64,000 bases of DNA. Origin: Eutreptiella sp. 'Long Island Sound 2002' (taxonomy: Eukaryota > Protista > Euglenida). The notes beneath the pieces were generated by a model. That model saw only the letters and a list, made by a program, of their open reading frames with translations. It did no database searches and was not told the origin of the DNA. Of the stretch, positions 1 to 11,500 are shown piece by piece; the first letter of the stretch is position 1, and the number at the start of each line of letters is the position of its first letter. The stretch spans positions 17,546,001 through 17,610,000 of the forward strand of contig OZ038378.1 in NCBI GenBank assembly GCA_964036045.1. The letters are read 5' to 3'. Both the position numbers and the translations under genes were made by a program.

Positions 1-5
1 TCCAT

Positions 6-157
6 GGTAAAACTTTTTTGTAAAAATTTTTACTAAGTGTCAAAATTTAGTAAAAAAATGTTTATTTACTAAGTTTTTTCTCTGCGGGTGGGTTTTTCAC
101 GAAGTAAATTACTTAGTAGAAAAAGAAAAAACTTTCTTACTAAGTAAAAAGCTTACC
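6..157. repeat. AT-rich palindromic module (GGTAAAACTT...AAGCTTACC; internal TACTAAG/CTTAGTA)
   Basis: Inverted motifs; related module at 1514-1650. Confidence 0.55.
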
Positions 158-196
158 AATAAAATAAGTTTTTTCCACTTCTGACTGCCACTACTC

Positions 197-380
197 ATTT
201 TGTCCCCCGCCCTGAAGCGTTGGGGACCCCCCAGGCGGCAGGGATTATGTAGCCACCCAGCCCACTTGAGGGCCACTTCTGCTTTTGTCCCCCGCTCTGA
301 AGTGTTGCGGACCCCCCAAGCGGCAGGGTTATGTAGCCACCCGGCCCCCTTGTGAACCATCTATGATTTTGTCCCCCGCT
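197..380 (+). repeat. ~85-bp direct repeat, about 2.3 copies (TTTTGTCCCCCGC...TTATGTAGCCACCC)
   Basis: Seen directly; a related TTATGTAGCCA motif recurs at 10383-10500. Confidence 0.7.
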
Positions 381-1513
381 CTGATTTGGGCAATTTCCAT
401 TGGGTGCTCTGCTTGTTGTTGATTGCCCCAGCTCGCGAGTACATGTGCTCTAAGCTTGACCCCCTGTGTGACCGGCCACACATTGTTGCAGCCAACTGGG
501 AGGAGTTGGCTATTGTGGATTTGATTGCTGGGCGAGAGGGCATTCAACCACAGCAGCGGAAGAAGTGGGCAAAGGTTTTGGATGCTTTCGGTGCCCTTGC
601 ATTTGCAATTGCACCCTTGCATTCCACCTTCATCCGGCAGATTGATGGTGTTAGTTGCCATCCGGCATGTCTCTTGACATTGCATTGTGCCTTGTCTCGA
701 CGCATTGTCAAGGGCATCTTGCAAATGCCACTGGATAGATTGTTTATTGCGTGAAATGGCTGAAGCTACTCCAAGTTGGCCTCCACCCCCAGGACCCGAG
801 CACTGCATTGAGAGGTGGCTCGGATGTACACCAGACCCGGATATGTGGACCCCGTTGACACATGCTTTTCTTGCGATGGCACACCCCACATAGCCTGCCA
901 CAAATGTAAGGTTCTTCAATGTACTTTGCATTGTGTCAATCGGAGATATTTGTTGGATTGCGCCAATTGTGGGCGGCCAACCTCGCTGCTATTGCTATTG
1001 CTTCTACGGTTGTTGTTGCTTCTGCTCTTAACACCCGTCCCGGTGTGTGGATCTGTCGCAAGTGGTATGCGGTGCCTCCTCAATATCCCCAAAATACTGA
1101 TGGTCATCTGAGAAATGACCAAGACTTTTGCACCAAGCTGCAAGGGGAATTGAAAAAGGCTCTGTTTGGGATGTGCACCAATAATCCCATAGAGGGAAAC
1201 CGAGCCATATAGATACCAAGGCCGACTTGATTTTCAAGCGTGTCTCTGTAACTACTTGTAAGTAGTTGGCACAGATGTTGCTAGGCTCAGGACTCTTTTC
1301 TTGAGCCTGATTTTGTTTCTAGTGCCCAATCCCAATTGTGTTTTGTTATGTTGGCCCAGTGCCAACTAATTGGTGTGCATGATGGTTTGGCCTGGGTGGG
1401 CGCCACTAACTCAAGTGGCCGGGGATCGACCCGGGGGCTTTGTGCCCTTAAACAAAAGTACCACCTTCTATCGAAATGTTGACTACCTTGGTTAAAACGG
1501 CCGGTGGTGGGGT

Positions 1514-1650
1514 GGTAAAACTTAGTAGAAACGAGGTGAAACCTAGTAAACAAAAAAATAAAAATAAAACTTCTTCCTAAGTTTCACCACGTTTCTACTA
1601 ATTTTACCAAATTTTGCTAAGTTTTACCTCGTCTGATGCTAAGTTTTACC
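1514..1650. repeat. AT-rich palindromic module with 12-bp perfect terminal inverted repeat GGTAAAACTTAG/CTAAGTTTTACC
   Basis: Also an internal ~27-bp imperfect inverted repeat (GTAAAACTTAGTAGAAACGAGGTGAAAC vs GTTTCACCACGTTTCTACTAATTTTAC). Confidence 0.6.
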
Positions 1651-1734
1651 AAATACCCTCCTCCCGCGCCGAGGACTTGCACTGCCGCTTGGGTGGGGTC
1701 CGCCAGTCCCCTGCCAGCGGGAGTGGGCCCTCTT

Positions 1735-3730
1735 CTAGACCATACATACTCTGACGGGGGTGTGCGTGACAGATGCGGGCCCTCCACCGCTGGTCGTGCT
1801 AGATGCAGCCACCCCCGCAGCGCCCTTGCCGTAGTCTTTGCCTACGCCGCACCAATGCAGTGCCCCTCGTGCGCATGCTGGTTGCAGTGCTCCGAGCCGC
1901 TGCCTGCATGCTACACACGGCGGAGACTGGTGCTTGTGGTAGAGCACCACACCCGGCCACACCTTGGTATCGCCTCCTAGCTCAGCCCCAGGCTCGCTGG
2001 ACCTGCCTCTGGGGCAGGCACTCATACTGGTGCAACGGCACCGCCTCCAGTGCCGCCAGGGGGAAGCAGTCGAGCAGGACATACCTGCTTGCCCCGGCTA
2101 GGCTGCGCCAGCCGGCACATTTGCAGGATGTGGCATTGCTCCTCCGGCCGGCGCACTTGGAACCACATTGCGACCAGCCTTGAGAATTGCAGGCACTCTA
2201 TGCGCCCCATACAGCGGAAGCCCCCATTGAAGACAAAGGTGGTGAACCAAACCTCCTTCCCCTTCAGAGAGGCCCCCGACTGCAGGTGCAGTTGAAGCCT
2301 GTCTAGCACGGACTTCAACACCTGCCCCTTGGTTTTTACGGTCAGTACGGTTCCCCCGCAGGTGGTGGTTGCTCGGCACCGGCAGCGCCTCGAAATCTAG
2401 GGCTGGCTCCACGCACCTGATGTGGGCCTGCCCCAGGACCTAGGTTACTAGGTCAAGACTGCCGCCTAGCATAGGACGCTCTCCACCAGCACCATCCCCC
2501 ATTGCCATGCCGCCGGTAGGATGATCCCCGGGACCCGCGGCGGTGGGGGTAGGGCGGGCGGGGGGGGGGGGGGGGGCACACATGTTGGCGACCCGTCCCC
2601 GAGCTGGGCCCATGAATGCCCCTGCCGCTCATCGGGCAGGGTCGTGCAAGACGCCGCGAAGATTGACGGGTCACGACTGCGTCTTGCCGTGCTGCAACTC
2701 CCACTGCCATCCTAGCCGATGGCACCGCTAGGTACATGCAGTGCATACAATTCAACAACGGGCAGGCCAGATATCCCTCGTCCTGGCCCACCAATGCCGC
2801 CAGGAGCAGTCCCATGGCTTGTAGGTAGAACAGCCACATTGAGAGGATCACCAATGCTGGTAGTTGCTGGGCATCTGCCGGCACCAGCGGGAGCCAGGAG
2901 GCCCAATGCCCCTGCCAGTGCGGGTAGTCCTAGAGTAGCCGGGTCTCCGTCTCCGAACCGCTTGTGCCACCGCATCCAGGAGCCACGGCGGCTCAAGGCC
3001 TTGGTGGCACTAGAGGCACAGTGTCCAACGGCCTTTGGAGGCATGGGGGCGGCGGTGTACCAACCAGCCATAGTGCGCAGGCCCACTGTTGCTACCACGC
3101 AGACGGAGTTTTCGCTCCTGCGTGCATGCGCCGGCCAATGCAACTTGGTCCTAGCCGTCCAAGATGAGGTGAAGGTCACCTGCCTACCATGGCATGCACC
3201 AACACCACCAACCCTCTCTCACCTCTCACCACAGCTACCGCACAGTCTGCAAGGCCTAGCCCATTGACCTGCATGCAGTCGGCCGCTGCTCGGCCCCAGC
3301 ACCGCCTGCACTAGCTTTTGGCCCGCCCCTAGTGTTTGCTCCTATTGCGCTAGCCAGAGCAACCGCACGTGTTGAACCCTCGAAGGTTGGCGACACACGG
3401 TGCCTTGGTGGACAGCACAACCCATAGCACCTCTAGGGCCAAACATGCGCTCGGGCCCATAGCGCCCTAACGGTGGCCGCTTCTAGGCTCGTCAAGTTGC
3501 GGCGGCCCACGTCCACAAGCTCTGCACCGTACACAGCATTGGCCAACGCCAAGGTGCCTATCGCCACCTCCCGCATCTGGAAGGTGAGGAGGCAACCCAC
3601 GCGATAGAGGATCTTCGCCCTGTGCCCAAAGCGCCCCCAAAGCGTGGGGCCCATGCCCCCCCGCGGCGTCCATGCAGATGCGATCCTCCGCCGCTTGAGT
3701 TTGTATTTTGCAACTTTTTGCTCACTCATC
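1735..3730 (-). pseudogene. Degenerate non-LTR retrotransposon (LINE) 3' fragment
   Basis: Broken ORFs with segments resembling the post-RT region (TLALANAVYGAELVDVGRRNLTSLEAATVRALW) and a degenerate C-terminal Zn-knuckle-like stretch (CKC...YVLLDC). Called by pattern recognition only. Confidence 0.4.
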
Positions 3731-4639
3731 TAATGTTGGCACTCAAAAGCCTGTCCTCCAACCCTGGTCTCTCCCTGAATAAGGGACAGCCAGTGGTGTG
3801 GGAACCCATCGCAATGGGTCGGGGTTTTTTTTTTTTTAGCGTTAACACGTCCGGCACACTCCGTAGGGTCACTAGCACCTCGGGGTGGTCGCTCATGCAG
3901 TATGAGTTGGCTGTGCCCACCAGCCATTCTGTTGTGTGATCCACCGTTGCCTGGGTTTCCCACAGCCCCAGATTGTAAAAGACGCCTGCCCTCGGTAATC
4001 GCACACCTGGGGGGTTCGAGGGGACGCACAGCTGGGGGGGGGGGTCCGAGGGGTCAGGGCTTCGGTAACCCATAACCCTACCACTAAGGCCCCTTCCCGG
4101 CCCCAGAGCATCTGGGACTGTAAAAGATGCTTGCCCTCGTTAATTGCACAATCCCTAGCAGTCGTCGGGCCCAAGAGCGTCCAGGTCTATGAAAGACGCC
4201 TGCCCTCATCAATAGTACTGACAAAACACGACATCACACACACACAAAGGCATGCGCACAAAAATGAAGGCCAATACATAGAAACACACCATAGAAGTGA
4301 ATCGGGATACAACAACAACACAACAGAATCACACCACAAAGCCGAACATCCGCCCACATGTGTGCACACAACCCAGGCCGCAACAAACAGACATGCCTTT
4401 GGTCCATGGTGGTGTGGGGTGCCCCCCTCCCGTGAGCCAGGCACAGACCCCTGGAGGCCAGGCACCCTGCCCTCACCTTCATCACCCCACGAAGGCACGC
4501 CGAATGAGGGAGAAGACCCGGCCATGGGCAGCAGGATGCCCAACAACCCCTGAACCACCAGCTGGTGGTGCCCGTCCTGCCCCATTCAAGACAACCACAC
4601 CCACTGCAAACCCTGAAGCACCGGCACGTCCTGCCTCAG

Positions 4640-5591
4640 GCGAGTGTGACAGAATACCTCGAGACAGCAGACAAACGTGCCTTCATAGACCAGACCGCCA
4701 GCTCCTGGTACGCGCATCTCGGAAGCCGTGCAGCAGTGGACAGCTACGACCTTCAAGTGGCTGAAATGCTGGATTCCATCGTGTCCTCCACGAACTTGAC
4801 TATCAAAGGGCTGGAGGGCGTGGGCTGGGCGTATGGCACAATCCTGCGGCGCGAGGCCTTGCCCTCCATCGAGATCTCGCGGAACATCTGGGATGCACTC
4901 CACGGCGGCGGCCCTGAGCCGTCCCCCTCCCCTGCCCCTTCCCCTTCCCCCCGCACCGGGGCCCTTGGCACCCTGAACCTCCACCCCTCGCCCTCGCCCT
5001 CCCTCTCCCCCTCCCTCTCCCCCTCCCTCTCCCCCTCCCTCTCCCCCTCCCCATCCCCCACCGCCGCCTCCGGCACTCTGACCCTGTCCCCGTCCCCCTC
5101 CCCAGTGCCTGCTGCCTCCCCCTCGCCCCCAACGGGTGCCTTGACCTCGTCAGCCTCCGCCTCTCCTTCGGCATCCGCAGAGCCCTCACTTTCTCATTCC
5201 CCTTCCTACTCCCCCTCCCACTCCCCCTCCCCCTCCCCCCCCCCCTCCCTCTCCCTCTCCCCCTCCCCGTCCCCCTCGCTCTCCCATTCCCCCTCCCCCT
5301 CCCCCTCCCCCTCCCTCTCCCCCTCCCTTGCCCCCTCCACCGCGACGGCCGCCGTCAACGCCCGCCGCCCCAAGTACAGCGCCATGGAGTGGGCTCCCGA
5401 GATGTCCAACGGCTTCTCAGACCCGCAGGGTCACAGTGTCTCCGCCCGTGGGCCGCGGGCCGCGACGAGGACCTCCGCGGCGGCGCCGTGGGTCCGTGCC
5501 AAAATGCTGACGGCCCTGAAGCGGAAAGCCCAAACGGCGGTGCTGCGCGATGCCGACTGCATGCGCTCCGACCCCTCGGAGGTGTCTTCAG
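4640..5591 (+). CDS. Large ectodomain exon with Ser-Pro repeat region
   Basis: Part of the 400-aa ORF 4565-5767. Donor TCAG|GTACGT after 5591 (phase 1). Acceptor uncertain: CCTCAG|4640 or TTCAAG|4591. Confidence 0.7.
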
Positions 5592-8500
5592 GTACGTTGG
5601 CTGGTGCCATCGGATGCATCACTGGGGCCATGCGAGGGCCAAAGTGTTTTTGTTTTTTAATTGGTGATGATCCTGCCGCATCCAGCGGAAGCCGTTGGAC
5701 AATGGTTCGGATGAGCAACGGTTGTGCAGCTGCACAGCGGAGGCGGTTGGCGATCCATTTTCGATAGAACAGTTGGCGGCCGGGCAACGTTTGTGCGGTT
5801 GACCTCGGATTCGTGACTCTGTTGAATGCCTGAGGTTGTCAGGCAGGACTGTGTGTGCCAGTGACCACCCCCAATAGAAAGAGCGGCTGGCTGATCGGAC
5901 ATGCACCGACCCGCATGATGCTGAGACCGCCCGGCCTCACGCATGTACTCCTCCCCATATGACACATATTTCAATGTTTCAATCTCATGGGGCGGGTTAT
6001 CACTCCGACAGCACGGGCTCGCAGTGCAGCCTCTCTTTCTATGGACTGAATCGTGACAAAGTTGGAACGAAACGAGGCATAGGGCGGGACCCAAATCAAG
6101 CCCCCGAAGAATGGCAGACCCACACCCGACACCAAACACCTCCGGGGCGAAGAACAAGTGCTCAAAGCCAACAGCCGTGTGCACGGAACCCACGCAGTCA
6201 TGCCCATGCCTTCAGCCAGTGTTTGCGTGATCACTTCCACAGGTCAGCTCTGTTACACGATGTGCACCGTCACCTGCTACAAAGACGAGTTGGGCGCCAA
6301 CTACTCCCGCATCGCGCCGTTGTTCCCGTCGGAAATCGGCCAAGGCGGACTGGTACACCTTTCTCAGTGCACCCTGCCCCATGCCCCTGGGACCCCCGTC
6401 CCACGCGCTGTGACCCTCCCTCCCGCCCCCTGCTGCCCCCCCTAATGCCTCATCAACTTAACTATTGACGTGCACAAACTGGATTTCCCTCGATGCTGGT
6501 GAACCAGCCGCCAAGGAAGCTTGCTCGGGTGTTCCAGTGGGGGACAGCAGAGGTGGGCTCCAGTCTGTGAACCATGTAGCTCGGGTGGGAAGTTCGTGTG
6601 CTGCCAACCCCACCATCAGGGGACTGTGTGATATGCTCATCGGATATTTGGGTCTGATTGGGCACCGGAGCGCCCTGTGCGCCAGCGTGCCCACTCCCCC
6701 TTGCCCACTCCTCATTCCGCACCCGCGGCTCCGACAATCGGCTCCCCTGCAGCCACCCCCCCCCTCCCCCCGTCATCCCCCGCCCCCCAACATGAAGGTG
6801 GGACCTCTTCGCACAGAAACAAACAGGGGCCAATGAAGGAGTGAGTCCCACTTCATCCAAGTGCCCTGACTGGGAAGGAAGGATGATGGGAATAAACCTC
6901 CGGAAACCGGGATTCACCCCCCCCCCCATTAACGGATAGATGTGGTGTGAGCGGCGCCTGCAGAAGCCTCATCTTTACCAAGGCTGCTCCAGGAGACTTG
7001 GAAGCGATTGGGCACGGGTCACGCTTTTGGGGGCTGCACAGAATTGAATGTCGGCGCGTGAAAAGCTTCACGTGGACGTATTAGTGACACCCACCCCTCT
7101 GCATCTCCCGGACCCGCCCCCCCTCTTTGCGCTCCCAGAGGCAGGGACCCGTGGAAGTGTGCTCCCTGGAGATGCTGGGTCCGATAGTGTTTCAATGCCC
7201 GCTACATCCATGACTCTGAAACAAAGGCGGTGGGGGACAGAACATGGGGGGCGGTATGCGGGCCCCAACCCCCATCTGGATGCCCCCACGTACGCCAACT
7301 GGGAGCCATAAAGCCTGGGTGCCACAGGTGCTCCATCACCTCACGGACGCTGCTTGCCAATGCCACAATTTCAGGCCCCCTCCACAAGTAGACCCCCGTG
7401 CCCTCACACCCATAGTCCCCCATAGTAATGACATCCTCCGCTGTAGGGACATACCACTAGGGTGACCTACACTACGGTGAATGGCCACCGGGATCTGGGG
7501 GTCTCCGGACACATTAGTCCAAGCCACTGCGTGCGGGGCGCGTGACTGCTCGCATCCGGTGCTGCCGCACCTCTATGAGCAGGAACGAGGTCTCAACATG
7601 GAAAAGCTGCGGCATTCGACAGACGAACAAGTCAACTGAAAGTCTTGGTTGCAGCATCGGGCCCGTTGTGCAATGGGCCTCCTCCAAAGCCTGCAGCACT
7701 TTCGGCGGGGTGTACATCCAAGCCGTGGGGGCATTGGCATGGGCCCCTGGCTTGTCAACCCAAACCACCTTTCCTAGTTGCCACGAAAGCCCTGTTGACC
7801 GTAGCCCAACGTCCGTGTACGAGGTGCCATCCAGTCTCTGCTCATCCACAGAGTAATGTAACACTGGCGTTGGAGCAGGATGGCAGCACACCGGGGCAGG
7901 CGGGCCGTACATCTTGGGGTGGGCAACTCGGAAATAAAGGCCTGCATTCATCCCAAGGAAGGGCAGCAATTTTGTGCTGCGTTTACCACGTCGGAGCGGC
8001 CTGGTTGTCTCCATATCCTTGGTGGAACCCCCCCCGGTAGCTGAAGTATGCATGCGCTAGTGAATCCAAGCGCCGGTGATTTTTGCGTGTTGCAACTGGG
8101 CACGGGCTTAGCATGTCTTTTCTGCGGTGTGGGACTTTGGCGAGGGAAAGGACGACGAAGTAGTTGGCCCCTTGGAATGTGGGAGAACCAAGACAGACTG
8201 CAAAGACGTGGCTGAGATTTACTCCACCACTGAGACACCCAGTGCCGTGCTGTGCTTTACGGGCCGGGGACGTTTGGGGAGTAGGAACTCCAGGAGCAGC
8301 AGATGGCTGCCTCCTTGGGGGTTTATGGGTCCTCGGGCACTGAAGGCCCTGGGACAGGCGAGAGCGGCCGAAGGTGATGCGGTCACAACACCGTGTCCCG
8401 GTGTTGCGACCGGGATGCGGCGACCGGAGGATGGGGATGCCATGACCCTGCCCATCCCATGCCACCCCCATCACCACCGTCGGAGCGACAGGGCTCCCGC

Positions 8501-11500
8501 ATTTGCCCCAGCCCCCCCCCACCCCCCCCCAGTGCCCTGCACTACGCGGCTGCACTCAGGAGATGCTGCACTGGATCGTTCGGAACGGCGTGTGGCTGGA
8601 TTCCATTCAGAGCCAATTGCCGCAGTTTGTGACCGTTGCCTCGATGCAAATCTATGAGGACTGTAACTTTGAGAAGGTGAAGGAGCACTTGGTGGGGCCG
8701 CTGTGGAGAGTAATGCTGCTGGACGGCGCGACGCGGGACATACTGCCCATTAAGTTGAATGGGTATCAAGTGGTCATGCCTGTGCCTGTGCCTCATCGAG
8801 GACAAGACTGCAAGATAAAGGAAGAGGAGGTCTGCTGCCACCTCCGTGTCACGTCCTTTGCTCCTGTTCCCGCCGCCGCGCGTGTGTCTGCCACTGCCAG
8901 TCCCACGGCCCCCTCCTCGTGCCACTGCCGCTGCACCTGCACCTGCACCAGCGCTCATGTTCCCCGCATCCACCTGCTTCCCCCCTATCGTCGTCACCCT
9001 GAGCCCTCCCCCCCACGTGGTGAGTGGCCGGCCCTGGCCCCTGGCCCCTGGCCCTGCCCCTATTTCTGCTTCTGTCCCCTAGTTCTGCCCATGTCTCAGC
9101 CCCTACCTTTTCCCCTGCCCCTACTCCTGCACCTGCCCATCGTGACCCCAGTGCCCAGCCGTTCCCTATCCCACAGACATACAATGGCCAGCTCGCAACG
9201 CATCAGTGGCGGACGACCCCCCAAAGCAGTCTCAACGGCTTGTGCATGGTCGACAATCTGTTAGGCTGGGCCTCGGCGACCAATCCCGACGTCTTCCCCG
9301 GTGCCAACGACGATCCATTCCCTTGGCTTCTGCTGCTGGCCCTCCTTGTGGCGTTGCTTTTGTTACTGTGCTGTGGTATGCCCGACTGCAGTGCAATGCC
9401 GGCCGTGGGAGAGGGACAGGGGTCTCAGGACCTCAAGCAGTTTGGTATGACACCGTGACAAAGTGGGTACGTGCGGAACATAGGAGGTGGTGTGTAGGCG
9501 AGTTCATTGCGCCGAGGTCTTATCCCAAGAGCAAGAGGCTGGAAATCGAACGCACGACACAAACAATTGTCTGTGTGGAGCTTGGAACACGCGTCAGCAA
9601 ACGAGCGCAATGCGATTGTGCCTGCAACATAGAATGATGGTCACGCCCCTACCGCCACATATGAGCCTAACTGGGTCCCGCGTTGTTGGTTTCTCTTAGT
9701 TTCTCATTTTACTGCCGCCTCAGGCGCGGAGTGATGTGGTGCCACGTTGTGGGGTAAATGTAGTGCCCAGGGCTTTGCATCCGGTGTCTGTGGGGAACAC
9801 TTTTGTGCTACTTGGGTTTGCAGGTCTGGAGATTCTGATTGAAAACCCGAAGACAAAAACTGCGTGCGGCTGTCCAGGCCAATCTGTATTCCAGGAAACT
9901 AGGCAGGAGACAAATGCCCAGAGCCGCCTGCAGCCGGCCTTGGGACACTGCTGCATGTGGTGAGGACTTGAGCTTGGGTTTGGGTGGTCTGGGTTGCGCC
10001 TGCATACGGCATGGATGGAAGGTGGGCAACGTATGGGTGGGGCCTGGGTGGCTGCTGGGGATTGGGTGGGATGCGTCTCGGGCTTGGATGGGGCATGGGG
10101 GAGGGACCTCAATGGGGCATGAAGTTGAGTCTTGTCTAGGGCCTGGGTAAGGTATGGGTCGGCTGTCATTTGGGCATGGGTGGCGCTTGGATGTGGACGT
10201 TGATGGGTGATTGGTTGGGCATGGGTGAAGTCCCATGCCCGTCCTTGGCTTAACCCACCCTTTGCCCCGACAACTGCCTCACCCATGCACCACTCATAAG
10301 CGAAGCAAGCTTCACTCACGGCCCCACCCAAGCCGCACCCAAGCACCATTGGGTGTGGCTTATGGTACCCGATACAGCAATGTTTATGTAGCCATGTCAT
10401 TCCTCTCTACTGTAGGAGACCCCAATATGGCGGAGGTTATGTAGCCACATTATTCCTCTCCGCTCTGGGAGACCCTGATACAGCACAGGTTGCGTAGCCA
10501 CGTGAGGCCTATCCGCTTTGCGAGACCGCGCTGCTGCAGGGGCTTGTAGCCAGATCTGGGCTGGGGTTGGGTGTGGCACAGGTGGGTCTTGGGTGGGGTT
10601 CAAGTGGGGAATCTGTCGAGCACGAGCACGAGGCATAAATATGGGATTGGCAGATTGGGTGTGACCCGCGGGTGTGACCCTCCTTGAACCTTTTTCATAG
10701 AAGCACAAGCCCAGGCTGGCTGTGGCAGGTGCGCACACAGTGGGCACAGCCGTGCGAGACGTGCGCGACGGAGGGCGCGACAAGCATTCCGCTATCACCA
10801 ACAGTCCCCCTCCTGGCCCTCCTCCATCACCTCAACCGAAAAGCAGGTGACATACTGCACTGGTACACCGGTTGCACTACACGGCAGCCGAGCAGCGCTC
10901 GTGGGACCAGCCCCCGTTCAGGCACAAACCTGCCCGTCCCCCGTGAGACCTCATTGTGCCCTCAGGCCTGTGCCTCTGCCTGGCATTGAAAACCTGGAAG
11001 AGACATTTGGACCGGCAGAAGGCCTTGGACGCAAAGCTGCAGACGCTGGAACCTGAAGGCACAGTTGTGCAGGACTTAGTCCCGCCGAAAGTCTTGAGTG
11101 ACGACGATGACGTGTTTGGAGAGGCCGGATCGGCCACTGTGGGTGTGTGCTCATGGGAACTGGCATCGGGAATGGTCTCAGTGCTGCTTCTGGCGAAGGG
11201 TGACGAGCGGTAGGAATGGGAGGCGATCGGTGCAGTACTGCTACTGGCCGTTGCTATGCCGTGGCTGAGGTTGTCATTTTCGCTCTTTGTGTGTGACTAC
11301 TCTGTGCGTGTGCGTGTGCGTGTGCGTGTGCGTGTACGTGTACGTGTGCGTGGCGCAGCCCTGCACATGCCTGCACCACGTACCCTACGCAGGCCTACGA
11401 AGGGGCCTAAGGAGTCGTGACATCACCCCTGCAACACGCAGCCCCACGCGTCTGAGATGTCCGAGCGACACGCAAAACTTCAGGAGGTTGCTTTTGTGGG

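Noticed and set aside
386-754. ORF with a signal-peptide-like start (MGNFHWVLCLLLIAPA) as the first exon of the giant gene
   Set aside because: It starts at TTG inside a repeat unit, and no convincing donor links it to the 4.6 kb exon.
7514-8500. Additional exons of the membrane-protein gene
   Set aside because: The 6352 and 8560 exons already join in phase, and the frames here contain stops and look like decayed retroelement sequence.
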